Assembly: GCA_013239625.1 (NCBI GenBank)
Contig: MU054391.1
Coordinates: forward strand, 5,973,824-6,037,823
DNA: 64,000 nt
DNA from: Lama guanicoe
Taxonomy: Eukaryota
Reading direction: 5' to 3'
Positions within the stretch are counted from its first letter, which is position 1. Each line of letters opens with the position of its first letter. Below are positions 33,871 through 46,794 of the stretch, piece after piece. Position numbers and translations under genes: made by a program. The notes below the pieces were generated by a model. That model searched no databases and was not told where the DNA came from. It was given only the letters and a program-made list of their open reading frames with translations.

Positions 33871-34390
33871 TAATAGGGAGGAACAAACCTGACTCCATAT
33901 TGGGTGTTCCTTTTACTTTAACCTTTGTATTTTATTGCTTTTGCTACAAGCGAATCACTAAAGGGATGTTGCCTATAGGCTTAAATTATACATAATGGCC
34001 CATCTCTGGGAACCCTGCCTCCCAGGTAATGAACCTTTAGCTAAAATACCTTTGTTTAGCTCACAGGCAACATCCTGACCAGGCCTACCTGTGAATGACT
34101 GTGGGAAGGAAGAAATTAACACCTCCCCAATGACTGCAAGAAGGAAGAAATTAACACCTCCCCTCTGGAGGCTGACCAGAACAGGAAGTGTTTGACTTTA
34201 ATCCCTCCCCTTTTAGTATAAAAGAAGCATGAAGTCTAACTCAGACAAGATGGTTCTCTGAGACATTACTCCACCATCATCTCGGTCTGCTGGCTTTCCG
34301 AATGAAGTCGCTATTCCTTGCCCCAACAGCTCGTCTCTCTATGCATTGGTCTGTTGTGTGGCGAGCAGTATGAGCTTGGACTTGGTAGCA
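33871..34390 (+). mobile_element. ERV1 solo LTR (family not identified), with a 35-bp tandem repeat
   Basis: TAATAGGGAGGAACAAACCTGACTCCATATTGG...GGACTTGGTAGCA. TATA GTATAAAAG near 34217, ETS site ACAGGAAGTG at 34181-34190, repeat units 34094-34128 and 34129-34163, decayed polyA signal AATGAA at 34301. Confidence 0.8.
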
Positions 34391-35088
34391 CTGAGGGCCC
34401 TGGAGGCCTGGCTGACATCCAGTTTACAGAGATTGGGTGGGCACCCCCTGCAGAATGTAATCCAAATTCTGATACCCAAGTGAGTGAGACCAGGGACGTG
34501 GCCTCAGCCCCGCCCTGCAGACTGCCTGCCCAGCTCTCTCCTCCTGGACACAGGAGCCCCACCTGCTCCTTCTGCTACTAAGGCCCCCTCAGGGGAGCAC
34601 CCTGAGTCCCAGACTCAGACTTTCCGGAGGGGAGGGGTGGAGGCTGCCTTTCTCTACAGGCTTCTCGTCTCTAAGGCTTGCTCAGGAAACCCCTAGACTC
34701 CTCAGCTGGGGGCTCCTGTGCCTGCCAGGACACTTTGTCACTCTTTCCACCTTCCAGAATGACCCATTTGCAGTTTTCTCAATTAACTATCATGTTTCTT
34801 CCTTGGCTGGAACCTGGAATTTGTTTTTGAGGCTGAGCAGGTGGCTGGAGACATAGAGCATAAATATATCATCATTCGGGAGTCGGCTGGCTTAGCATGG
34901 AAACACATCTCCCTCCTGAGAAGGGGTTGCTGGGCCAGGTTGCTGAATAATCTGTATGTTGGCTTTGATCTCAGCCAGTGGGGGAGCCAGACAGCCCCCA
35001 GCCCAGCCCGTGGGCGTTGGGACCTTAGGGGGATTTCAGTATGAGTCACTGATGATGGGAGGGGGTGCTGGACGGGCTGTGTTGTCTG

Positions 35089-35127
35089 GTGTGCGTGTGT
35101 GCGCGCGCGTGTGTGTGCGCGCGCATA
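35089..35127. repeat. Mixed (GT)/(GC) alternating purine-pyrimidine tract, 39 bp
   Basis: GTGTGCGTGTGTGCGCGCGCGTGTGTGTGCGCGCGCATA. Confidence 0.9.
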
Positions 35128-36568
35128 GAGAGAGAAAAGTGAGATGTCTGGGTGGCTGATTAGCTCAGCTGCCCTCTGTGACTGTAGTCAGCTTGGGTCT
35201 GTAAGGGAGACAGACACAGGCCCCACTGTGAGGTGGGTCATTTAAGACCTGGGTCTCTCTCCTCTCCCTGCTCCTTCCCTGCAACCTGCCTTCTTGCAGA
35301 AGAAATTTTGAGCCTCTCATATGCCTCTGAGCAGCAGAGAGAGCGAGAGACTCGGGCCTCTGCTCCCAGCCACAGCCTCTTAAAAGAACAGGAGACGAAC
35401 GCCTGATTAGAAACCACATGCCAGAAGGAAGCTGTTCTAAAATGCAGGCGGGAGGCTGAGAGGAGAGACAGCATCCATTAAAGAGCCCCCAGCCAGGGGC
35501 TGCCCCTCAGGGCTGCAGGCCTCTTTGAGATGCAGGGCCCAGGACTCATCAGGGGAAAAGAGGTCACTTAGGGCCCCCTCTGCCCTGAGCAGACGTGTGC
35601 GGGGTCCTCTCAGCAGGCTGCGGACTACCCAGAGCCCAGGCAGGGTGGGGAGACTCAAGTCTGACCCCTCCGCTACTCACAGCCTGCTTGACCCACCTCC
35701 CCCACTGGGAAACTCAGTCCTGCTTCCCCCAGGCCTGTGGCAGGGATTAAATGCGGTAATACAGAATAGAGCTTGGGAAAGAGTGAATACAACCCTTTAC
35801 AGAGCTTCCTGCAAGAATAGGGAAGATGCACCAAAGGGAGAAAAGAAAGAGGTGGGCCGGGCAGCTCTGAACCGAGAGGCCTCCACATTCTTGCTTCCAG
35901 GCTATCCCCCAGGCCTCTCTTGCCAGCTTTGGTGTTTCTGCAAACGCTCTTAAAGAGGGGCCTGTCCGTGAAGTGGGCAGGGGCTGGGTAGGCTGTGGGC
36001 ACCAGCTGGCACCAAGGCTCTCCAGACGCAACCTGTGACGCTGGACGGCGAAGGGGTCGGCCCCGATGTCCCTGAGTGGAGGCCCAGAGACACTGTCTTG
36101 GGCATCTTGTCAGGACCAATGCAGTGACATCCTGGGTCCCTGGGGGATGTTCTCCTTGCCTGAGGATTGGAGCAGGGCAGCTGGTCAGCTGGTCCAAGGC
36201 AGGGGCGGTCACGGACACTTCCCCAGGGCCAACGTAATTCAAACAGTTTTTCTCATTGAAAAACAGAGCTGTGTGTTGGGCTCTGTCTGGACAGGGGGTC
36301 TTGGTGGCCAACAAAACAGGCAGAAACCCTGGCCTTGTGGGCTTTGGATGAAAAAAGAATACAGGGAGATGTGAGGGTGTCCCCAGCCTGGGGGGGCGGG
36401 GCTGGGAGAACCTGGGAGAAAAGTCCTGCTTCCAGGCTGTTTTCCAGTTTGAAGGGAGACGTGGGGAGGGTCTGGGGTGGGAGGGGGGAGGGGGGCCACA
36501 CTGCTCCAAGTGAGGGGCCCCAAGCTGCCAAGGCCCAAAGAGAAGCAGTACGGCTCCTTGGAGGGATT

Positions 36569-36713
36569 TATTATTATTATTTTTAAGTTTGGTGGGGAGG
36601 GGAGGTAATTATTTTTATTTTTATTTGTTTATTTTTAATGGAGGTACCGAGGGTTGAACCCAGGACCTCATGCATGTTACGCACGTGCTGTACCGCTGAG
36701 CTACACCTTTCCC
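36569..36713 (-). mobile_element. Vic-1-type SINE
   Basis: Minus strand GGGAAAGGTGTAGCTCAGCGGTACAGCACGTGCGTAACATGCATGAGGTCCTGGGTTCAACCCTCGGTACCTCC. TSD CTT(G/T)GAGGGATT. Confidence 0.9.
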
Positions 36714-37349
36714 TGACTTTGAGGGATTAACATGTATTTTACCATGAATATATTGAGAGAAGGGACAAAGTGACTTAACAGAGCCTGAGTTCTGGGGCCG
36801 AGGCAGTCCTGGGTTAGATCCCAATCCAGCCACTCACTGGGCATGTGACCTCAGATAGGTCACTTACAGTTTCTCTGCTCTAAGTCGCGGAGCTGATCCC
36901 TCCCTCACACCATTTGTGGGGGCTGCTTGGCAGAGAGGATGGAGGGGAGGCCAGCTCTGGCCTGGCCCACCTGGGGCCCCGCTTTCCTCCCACCTCCGGC
37001 ATCTCCAGCGCTGGGAGAAACAGGGCGGGTGAAAGCAGGGGAGGGGCTCTCCTTCCTCTGCTTGCCAGTGATTTATGGAAACCCAGCTCAACTTGGACCT
37101 TGAGGAAGGCACAGTGAACGTCCTTTTGTTTTTAGTTCAATTTTGTAAGCAGAATGCTCCTGGGGCCGATAGATTTTTCCAGTAATGAAATTGTGAAAAG
37201 AATTGAATTGTGCCTCTCGAGCTTTAAAGGACAATTGGAGCCCTTCTCTGTCCTCCCTGCCAGACCCGCAGACGCTCACTCCCAGTGCTGCAGTCAGGCT
37301 CCTTTCCCGTGAAGGAGAGACACTTGGGGTGTTGGCTTCATTCCTGCAC

Positions 37350-37470
37350 CCAGGACTGGAGACATAGTCTGTAAGATGAAATGTGGGGCCCCTTGTTCAA
37401 AATTTATGAAGGATTTCAAGATGGCGATAGCAGAGCATTAAAGCAGGGGCAGAGCCCTCCTGGCTGCCTG
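37350..37470. mobile_element. MER91-like hAT-Tip100 fragment
   Basis: AAATGTGGGGCCCCTTGTTCAAAA...GATTTCAAGATGGCGATAGCAGAGCATTAAA. Confidence 0.55.
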
Positions 37471-37474
37471 GGCT

Positions 37475-37580
37475 TAAAGCCAGCTCTGCCACTTACTAGA
37501 GTTAAGTCCTGAGGCCAGTGACTTAAACTCTGTGCTCAGTTCCCTCATCTGCAAAATGGGGACAAAAATAGCAGTAACCC
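37475..37580 (+). mobile_element. MIR
   Basis: CCAGCTCTGCCACTTACTAG...GACTTAAACTCTGTGCTCAGTTCCCTCATCTGCAAAATGGGGACAA. Confidence 0.7.
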
Positions 37581-38149
37581 CTCCCCCTCCAGGGGCACTG
37601 GGAGAGCCACCTGGACTCCAGCCCGTGGCTGTGTGTGACTCTGGTTCTTTCTCCCCTCTCTCCCTCTCCTCTGACCCCCTTCCCTTCCTTCCTCTTTCTG
37701 GGATCCCTTTCTCTCCCACTCCATCCCCAACATGCTAAATAGTGGTTAATGCTGACTTGTGTTTGCTGCCAAAACCTACTACCTGGGACAGCGACTCATC
37801 TGGGGGCACGCAGGGCCCTTCCCTCCAAGGTGGAGGTGCGGGGCGGCCAGCTCCAGTGCTGCTCTGAAGCCCCCCACCTCCTGGCAGAGGCCTCACCCAG
37901 CACAGGCTCCTCACTGGATGGGAGCAGCCCTTCTCATCACCCCTGGGCTCAGGCCTCTGGGGACCCTTGGAGTTTCACCCAGAATCTCAGGTAGAGAGGG
38001 AAAGTGAGGAGGGAGGTGATTGAGGGCCCTCACTGTGAGCAGAGGGAGAAGCAGAAAAAGAGGAAAGTATGCCAGAACCCAAATGCAAGCAGTGAGCCCT
38101 GCTAACACGCTGCTGTCCTGCCTCTGTTCCTTAGCTGAGGCTTAAGTGC

Positions 38150-39480
38150 TTTTTAAAAAAAGTTAGAAGTGTTTATTACAGTGTAACACACACAACAGAG
38201 TGCATGAATCTTAAGTGTGTAGTTCAATTAAGTTTTACAAACATCCACACCCAGGTATTAGAACATCGCCAGCACCTGGAGGCTCCCCCAGGCCCTTTCC
38301 GGGCAATCCTTTCACTCCTCCCGGGGCACCACCGTTCTGACCCATCACCAGGGGCTAGTTCTACCTGCCTGTTCTTGAACTTCAGATAAAGGAACCTGCA
38401 TCTGCGGGCTTTGTGTCTGGCTTCTCTGGCTCATCACACATCAGGGAGACTCATCAAAGTGTGTACCGCACGAGACGGCGCTGTTCAATCGCCACGTTAA
38501 GGATTCCATTGGATGAACACGATACACTCTGTTAGTTCTACCACTGGTGTTGTTTCTGACTGTGGGCCATTATGAAGAAAGCTGCTATCGACCTTGCCCA
38601 CGTTTTCGGGTGGTCACCTCACCCAGCTCCCTTGGGGCTGTATTCAGGAGTGGGGTCTCTGGGTCCTGGGGTGGGCACTTGTTCAGCATTAGAAGATGGG
38701 TGTAAATTTCAAGATCTTGAAATAGTACTGAGCACAATACACACCAAGTTTCGTGGTCTGCCCCCTGTCACTCGGCATTATAGCGTAACTATTTTTTGAG
38801 TATAAATCTTTGATTTTGAGATAACTGCAGACTCACATGCAGTTGTAAGAAATAAACCAGAGAGATCCAACGTACCTTTCACCGGGTTTCCCCCAGTGGT
38901 AACATCTTGTAAAACACTAGTGCATTAGGATGGTCAGCATATGGACATCCGTGCAGTCCACGCATCTCATTCAGGTTGCCCCAGTGTTATCTGTACTCAT
39001 ATGTGTGTGTGTGTTTTAGTTCAATGCACTTTTATCACCTGTGTAGGTTAGTGGATCCGATACCACAGTCAAGACTCGGGACAGTTCCAGCACCAGAAGG
39101 ACCCCTCCAGCTCTTCTTTCATAACCACACCCCCCTCCTCCCACCAATCCTCTCTCCCCACCTCGACCCCCACCCCTGCCGGGACAACCACTAACCTGCT
39201 TTTGTCATCACAAGAACGTTATGTGAATGGACGGAAAGAGTGTGTAAACTTTTGGGATGGGCTTTTCACACTCATCACCGCTCCCTGGAGATCTTCGCAG
39301 GTTGCTGCGTGTGATAGGTGCTCGTGGCATGGATCTGCCACTGTGTGCTTACCATCCACCTTTTAAAGGACATCTGGTCGTTTCCAGTTTTGCCTCTTAC
39401 ATGTAAAGCTGCTGTGAGCATTTGTGTGCAGATTTCTGTGTGAGCACAAGTTCACACAGGAGTGCGATTGCTGGGTCAGA
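38150..39480 (-). mobile_element. Two adjacent old L1 3' UTR fragments (~38150-38700 and ~38790-39480)
   Basis: GAATCTTAAGTGTGTAGTTC, TGTGTCTGGCTTCT, TTTTGAGATAACTGCAGACTCACATGCAGTTGTAAGAAATAA and AAAGCTGCTGTGAGCATTTGTGT. Confidence 0.75.
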
Positions 39481-42400
39481 TGGCGACGACCTCATAACTG
39501 TTTTTAGAGCAGCCTGAGGTCATAGGTGAATCTGCTGATAACATACTTGATACAAACTTTTCTGTCACCCTGAAGTCTTTTTTATGACCCCTCCCAGGAC
39601 CCCCCATCCCTCGTGTTTGGGGATTAGAGCCTCCATCTGTCTAGCACAGGTCTCGAGCTCTCTCTTCAGGTGAGGAAGGCACTTCACCCCACCAGCCTCC
39701 CTCTGAGAGGGTCCCCACTGACGGCCCTCCTGTGGGGTGGCGGAGCCTGCAGGCTGGGGTAGAGAGGATGCAGTGGGTTGATTCCCTTTGCTCCCAGAGA
39801 GAGGCAGGACCCATGAACTTTTCAGGCTAACACACCCAGCTCTAGACTCACCTAGTTCTCTTTCCCTGGGAAAATGGAGAGTGTGCGTCACCTGCTGTGC
39901 AGACGGAAGCCTTTGAACAGAGTCCAGTAAAAGCTCCTTTCTTCTGGGAGATGCTCACTTGGTCTGTTGAAAACTTGCTCATTTGCTTCTAGTAGAAAAT
40001 GTCTCAGTTAGCCTGGAGAGAATTCTAATTAAATCATTCTCTTAATCCTAGAGACAGGCTGGATAAAGACTCTTGTGTTTTCAGCATCCTGGAGACAAAT
40101 CAGTAACCAAATGGTTAAAAAGAAAATTCCAAGTCATTCATTATTTACCCTTGCTGCATAATGCATGAAGCCCACGAGCCAGCCCCATTTGTATTTTCAA
40201 CATTGGCCTCAAATGTCAGCTCACGTCTTCACGCAGCCACCCTCCGAAGGGAGTTGGGGCTCTTGGATGGCCCTTCCTCCCCTCAAGCTGTGTTTTATGG
40301 AGAAGTGACCAACCGCAGACTTCGAAGACTCCTGCATTCTACCCACTCTGCTCTTAGCCTAGATGGTCCTCCTGCTTCTACTGAAGTCCCATCCTCTGAG
40401 GCTTAGCCTCGAAATCCCTCCTCCCTGACTCCTACCGGAACAGGTAGTGGTCCTCCATCCCCTACTCCCTGTACCACTTTGGGGCTCTGACAGAACATCT
40501 ACAACCACCATCATCACCATGACAATAACTATTATGATTTATTTCATTACTCCACAGTCCTTCTTCCTTTCTGCATTTAGGGCCCCGAATGAGGCAGGAT
40601 GGGGTCGGGGGATTGGCTGGGCCTTGGCCACTATCCCTCTCCTCACTTTGGGCCACCCCCACCCTCCACTGGGGCTCGGGGACACCAGTCTCCTGTTCTC
40701 CGAGTTCTCAGGTCCCAGTGAGGTTGTGTTCTGACCACCAGGTCAAGCAGGCACAGGACAAGGACCTAGGTTCTCTGTTGCCCACGACTCAGAGCCCCAG
40801 AGGGGAGCTTGGAGGAGGTAGATGTGGTGCTGGGTGAAGGGCCGCTGACAAGGTCCCCATGCAACCCACCCCTGGGGGGGTCCTTACCCAGCCTGGTGGT
40901 GCTCCTCCAGCCTTGCACAGCATGTCTTTCTCAAGTCCCAGTCCCTGAAGTCTCCCAAACCAGGACTGACCCAGAGGCTCAGATAATCAGCCCCCCTTGT
41001 ATCCACTGCTGTGGACTGTGGCCTCCTCCTTTCCTACCAGTAGGGTCCAGGAGAATGATCAACTTTGAAGCTAATTTTAATTAAGGACAACTGTAGCCCG
41101 GGTTGTCATAGAAACCCACTGCTCACGGCTCCGTCTGAGGGACTGCAGCTTCTCGACCTGGCAGCTGCAGACGGGGACACACACCTTCCCCCTTTTCTGC
41201 CTGGATTCCGGCAATCCTCAGGGAGAGTTTGGGAGGAGATGGTGAAAGGCAACCACTGATTCCTTTCAACCCCAATCATTTGAAACTAGCAGGAAACCCA
41301 GAGCCCAAAGTGATCAGAGAAAGGCTTTCTCTGCATCTGGTTCTGTGTTTGGGGAGACGTGGCTTCTTCAAGGCTGTCTCTCTGTGTCCCAGATCGCAGG
41401 GGTAGTGTCCCTGAGAGAGCAGAAAAGGCAGGGGCTCTGACCCCATGTGTATCTGTGTGACCCCAGGCAAGTCACCTCACCTCTCTGAGCCAGAGTTCTG
41501 CCTGCCTCACAGGACCCTGGCATTGCCCTCTGAGCTCCTTCCCAGCTACGCTTGAGGGCGAAGAAGGCAGTGTCATGGCTCACTTTCAGTCAGTCCTGGT
41601 GCTGCCTGTGCTTGTCAGCCCTGGGGGGTAAGCTCTCAGCAGAGTGCTAAGACTCTCCAGGGGCAGAGGGGCCTCGATCAAAGCTGGACCCTGGGCTCTG
41701 GCATTTGCAAGCTGCATGACCTCAGTCATGTTCCTTAACCTCTCTGAACCTCCTATGACGCTATGGAAGACTAATAAGATCATATCTGTAAGAGATCAGA
41801 GGGCTACAGCGATCATTGTCAGTGATGGAGATTTGGCCTTGTGGCCTGTGACACACTGGTGGCATTGGGTAGACAGTGAGCTCGAGCCAGACAGGCTGAG
41901 CCTCAGAGGAGCTGAGCAGAGCAGGAAGGGGTGCTCTGTGGGTCACCACCCACAAAGGGAAGGCTGATTCTCACCACTGTGAATGGGGCCCAGGAGAGAG
42001 GGAATGGGGCCTTCTGGGCTTTGGGGCTTTTGAGCATCAGGGAGACCCAGGTCACATACACTGTTCAGGGATCAGCTCACTCCTGGGGATTAGAACCAGG
42101 CTCCACTCCTGGTCCCACTGACTGGCTTCCATGGCAGGTCTGGAGGGCAAACAGGAAGCCAGGACACTGGGAATAAACAGGCAACTCCAGCTCTCCCCAG
42201 GCCTGGGCACGGGAGCTACCAGCACTTCCAGGACCCAGCTACTGCTGAGTTTGGGCGGCTCCTGTTACCCCCTTGGCCTAGGACTCCAGTAGGATGGGGG
42301 CCTTGGTGCTGACAGCAGAGAGGCAGGCAGGACACACCCTTACCGTGGAGGCCCCACAACGTGGAGGCAGGAGGCTGCCGGAAATGACCTGTTATGACCT

Positions 42401-44879
42401 CATGACCACGCCTCTTCTGGCTCCCCTGCCATCTGGTGTCAGGCCTGAAAACGGCATCCTCGGAGGAGCTCATTAAGGCCAAGGGGACACACCTGGGGAG
42501 GGACCCTGTGCGCACAGGACAGAGGGGGAGGGCATCTGTGTGAACCAGAGCTCCGGGAGGCTGCAGCTCCCCGAACCGCTCAGAAGAGGGGTAGGTGAGA
42601 GGCTGGGGTTCTCTCATCCGTCCCATTCTGCGGCTGCCGCAGGTGGAATGCACGGGACAGGGGTGCCATGGAAGGGAGTCCCATCTTTGGAGCCACATGC
42701 ATCTGAGCTGGAGCCAGCACATCACTTGGCACATGATCCCTCCCTCTGTCATGGAGGGCGTTGGGAGGAAGGAGTGAGAGGCACAGAGTCGGTGCCAGTC
42801 CTTCTGAGGGGGAGGAGAGGCTAAGGAATTCCAAGTTGGGGGACAGCGCCCCCCTCTCTCCACAATCTCAGGGGCTGGTGCCCAGGCCTCAAGTCCCTGC
42901 TCCTTCCCAGGACCCAGGAGCCACTTGCAATTCAAAGACCCCTCCCACGGATAGCCCGCATCCTCCTGCATGAGGCAGAATGGCCTCTTGGTCTCCCTGC
43001 CATGTCCCCCTGCAGTGATGCCCCTCTCTTGCAGATGTGCTCTTTCTGCTGTGACAGCTCCTAATCTTCCAGGAGGAGGGGTTGGACAGCAGAGGTCCTT
43101 GTCCTGCAGAAGAGCTGAGTGACCAGCCAGAAGTCTCAGGATTTGGACCCGCCCAGGCCTCCCTCTTTTAAGGCAACCCTTGCCCATCTGTTCTCTGCTC
43201 TTCTCTGTCTGTCTGGATCCCAGGGGCTGGCTTGAATGGACTTGGCAATGACTCACCTGTCTCCCAACATCTATTGGGTTCGGCTGTTGAGAAGCCCTGG
43301 CCAGGGATGCAAGTGTGGTGGGGAGACAGGCTAGAATGTATTGTGCTCCTTTCCTACAGCAGAGCTGTGGTCCAGATGGGGGCTTCTCCCTCCCATTGGC
43401 CTAGGGGTGATGCCAGGTGCCTCCACGTGCCCCGTGGCTTCCTGCTCTCTGCCACTCCCCAATGCAGGCTCCTCAGAATGCCAGCCAAGCGCACCTTTGG
43501 GAGACTGTCCTCCCTGCTCAGGGCCGGAGAACCCTGTCGGGGCTGCGTGTGGGCACAGCACTGAGACTTTCCTTCCAGCAGACGTTACTGTGTGGGTCTA
43601 CTACGTTCCGGGGACCTCGCGGGCACTGTGAGTCATGGACACGACAGGCCTCTGATATCTCCCTTATACTCAAATTCAGGTTACACGAGTCACGTGCCCT
43701 CACTGGACCGTCTGCATGGGCAGCAACAGACCTGGGTTTTCACCATCTCTCAGCAAAGCTGGCAATGGTTGCAAAGCACCCCCTTTCTGCCCAAGGGACG
43801 GAGCTGGGTTCTGTCAGGGCGAACATGAGATTGCAGCAACAAAGCCCCAGCTGTCAGCTAGATTGGGGAGAAAGGCACAGGGGGCAGCATCAGGGAAGTG
43901 GCCACTGCTTTTGATGTCTCCTAGACACTTATGTCACGGCTGGTCCTGGGCTGGACCATGGACCCAAGAGGCATTTCACAAGTTAAGGTAAATCCTGGGA
44001 ACCCTCAGCCCATTTCAATGCTTAATGCAAAACATAAACACATTAAAGTCATTTCAGAGTCTGGAGGAGCTTGAATAATTCAGTCCCATCATTTACTCCA
44101 AAACGCCTCATTTCATCTATGAGTCATCTTTGAAAGGAAAAAAAGAGCGGTGTGGTGGCAAGTCACTTGGGAGTGTAACCAAGAGAGCTGGAAAAACTAC
44201 AAAGATGAGGCTGCTAGCTCTCTGGATGGACACGGCCTGGGGCCAGTTTCTGGAATCAGTCCTGGAGGAAGTCTGCCTGGGGCAGGTGCAGAGAGGTCTC
44301 TGGGGGAAGGGCAGACCTGAGTCCAGCTCCTTGAGTCTTGGGGCAAAGTCTTTGTCCTGCCTGGGCCTCAGCCTGCTCATCTGTGGCACAGAAACCATGA
44401 TTTCTTCTTCCCAGATGCTGTGAGCCTGGAATGGCTGGGCTTGTGGGGGTGAGGGTATAGACTGCCTCCCGCAGAGCAGCTGGTATCAGTGGCTTCCCGG
44501 GTGGCCATGTCCCCCTGTGTTCCTGGAGCAAGCTGCACACCTTTGTCCTGCTTCATTGTTTATAGTTTTTGATGCAGGTGTCCATGTCCCCATCCCACCA
44601 TGGACCCTTGTGGGTGAGGACCATGGCTTTCTCTAGGTGCCCAGCATGGCTCTGACCCCAGTTCATACTTGTGGCCTAAAAGCTTTCTCCTCCTATGGCC
44701 TCCACATGGAGCAGCAGGGGCTCCTGCTCAGGGTCTGGGTATGGCTGGTGTCCAGACTCTAGTCCTTGTCTCCTCCCCGCCCCCAACCCCGTGCCCTCCT
44801 CCATCTGCCTCCGTCACAGACCCGCCTCCTCACTCTCCTCTCTGCCTCCCAGGAGCGGTGGGGAAAACCCCAGCTTTGT

Positions 44880-45090
44880 TGTCAGAAAAAAACCCTAGTT
44901 CAAGTCCTAGTTCTACCCTGTATGTGACCTTGGGGGAGTTATTTTAACCTCTTGGCATCTGTCTTCAACGGTGGAGTGGAGATAACCTTGCTCCTTATAC
45001 CACTGTCTGTGGGGAGGATTTGAGCTGATGGCTGTGAGACCTGCTGCCCACCAGAACCCCTCACAAGGTGAAGACGGTGGTGGTTATTGT
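44880..45090 (+). mobile_element. MIR
   Basis: GTTCAAGTCCTAGTTCTACC...TGTGACCTTGGGGGAGTTATTTTAACCTC. Confidence 0.6.
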
Positions 45091-45725
45091 TTCAGTCTGC
45101 AGTCTATTTCTAATCCTTCAGCCTCCAAACACCTGCTGAGGCCGGCAATGGGAAAGGCACTTGTAGCGATGGTGGGGGCTATGGAGAAGAATTAGACATG
45201 GTTTGGGCTCTCAGGGAGCTTGGCAGGTGAGACAGGCATGTACTGAAATAGCTGCAATTCAAAAGACACTTGCCAGGTGGGCATGGAGGAGGATAGGAAT
45301 TGTAGCTGCAAGGGTTGAGGAGGTCTGCACGGAGGAGGGAGCATGCAGATGGTCCTAGGAGGATAAGTGGGGTTTGGAGGTGGAAGGTTGGATGTGGAAA
45401 GAAGGAAGAGGGTGAGCAGGGACTCTGAGAGGAGACCGGGCAGGAGGAGCCCTGGGGGATGCTGAGTCCTGTCCATGCTGGATGCTATGAGCAGAGAAGG
45501 GATGGCAGAGGTGAGCTGGGGGGAGAACTTGACCCAGTTGAGAAGTCAAAGAGAGCAGAGACACCTTAGGTAGGACCTGGAGGGTGAGTTACCTTCCTCT
45601 GGGTGAACTGGTGTGGGAAGAGGAGCATTCCAGGCAGAAGGAATCGTATTTACCTGGAGCCAGAGGATGGGAAGTAAGTGAGAAGCCAGGTCGTGTAGAG
45701 GCTTGGGTTAACTAGGACGGTGGAC

Positions 45726-46190
45726 ATGTTGGCCACTCCTCAATAGCTGTATTCTTTCTCCCTGCCTTTGTCCAGTCAAAATGCACTCAGGTCTGGAAGG
45801 TGAACTGTGGTGGTCTATGGCCATTATGGTAGTCCTGTGCCAGGTGATTGGTTTAGAGATAAGTAGGTGACCAGGTCTGGCCAATGAGATATTAGGGAAA
45901 ACCTGCTAAGGAAATTCTAGAAAACTATTTTCCTGCTTGATCAAAACAGAATTATATGAGGAAAATCCTCTTGTTTCCATCCTCCCTTCCAGTTTTGGAC
46001 ACAGTCATGCTAGAAAATCATGCCTGGAGCTGCTACAGCCATCTTGCAACCATGAGGGCAAGGCAGAGATGCCAAACTCGTGACCAGATGCTGAGCCAGC
46101 CCTGGAACTACAGGCCTATTAGGTGCTATTGTTAAATGGCTATATTATTTAAGCAGTTAGTTAGATGTGTGCTTCTCAAAGGCTCATACA
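45726..46190 (+). mobile_element. Old MLT1 (I/J-like) MaLR LTR
   Basis: GTGATTGGTTTAGAG...GTGACCAGGTCTGGCCAATGAGA...GCCTGGAGCTGCTACAGCCATCTTGCAACCATGAGGG. Confidence 0.65.
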
Positions 46191-46794
46191 TTTGTAATTG
46201 ATTCATTGTGCTAAGGATTTTGATTTTATCCTAGGATCAAAGGGAGGCTCTTAGATGGATTGAACACTTGAAAAGGACCATCGTGTGATAATATTTGTGC
46301 TTTTTCAACATCAATGAAAATAGATCAATGTAATCTATCATATCAACAGGCTAAAAAAGAAAACCATATGATCATTTCAATAGACACAGAAGAAATATCT
46401 GGCAAATTTAACAATAATTCATGATAAATACTCTCAGCAAATTAGTAATAGAAGAGAACTTCCACAATCTGATAAAGGGCACCTACAAAAACCCCACAGC
46501 TAACATGGTACTTAATGATGATTGCTTCCCTCCAAGATCAAGAGCAAGACAAGGATGTTGGCTCTCATCACTCCTGTTCAGCATCAAACTGGAGGTCCTA
46601 GCCAATGCAATAGGGTAAGAAAAAAAAATCATCCACATTGGAAAGGACAAAATAAAGCTGTTTCTATCCATGACATGATTATCTTTGTTAAAAAAAATAA
46701 ACCCAAGTAATCTACAAAAAAAATCCTGCTAGAACTAGTAAGTGAGTTTAGCAAAGTTGCAGGATACAAATACACAAAAATCAATTGTATTTCA

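Noticed and set aside
35673..36509. 278-aa ORF and similar 150-230 aa ORFs (for example 13274-13966, 14809-15480, 55581-56198)
   Set aside because: Low-complexity GC-driven translations, several running through MIR or L2 repeats; no homology recognised and no exon structure evident.
42216..43256. Longest ORF in the track (346 aa, minus strand)
   Set aside because: No recognisable domain; Pro/Gly/Arg/Cys/Trp-rich composition typical of GC-rich non-coding DNA; overlapping ORFs in several frames.
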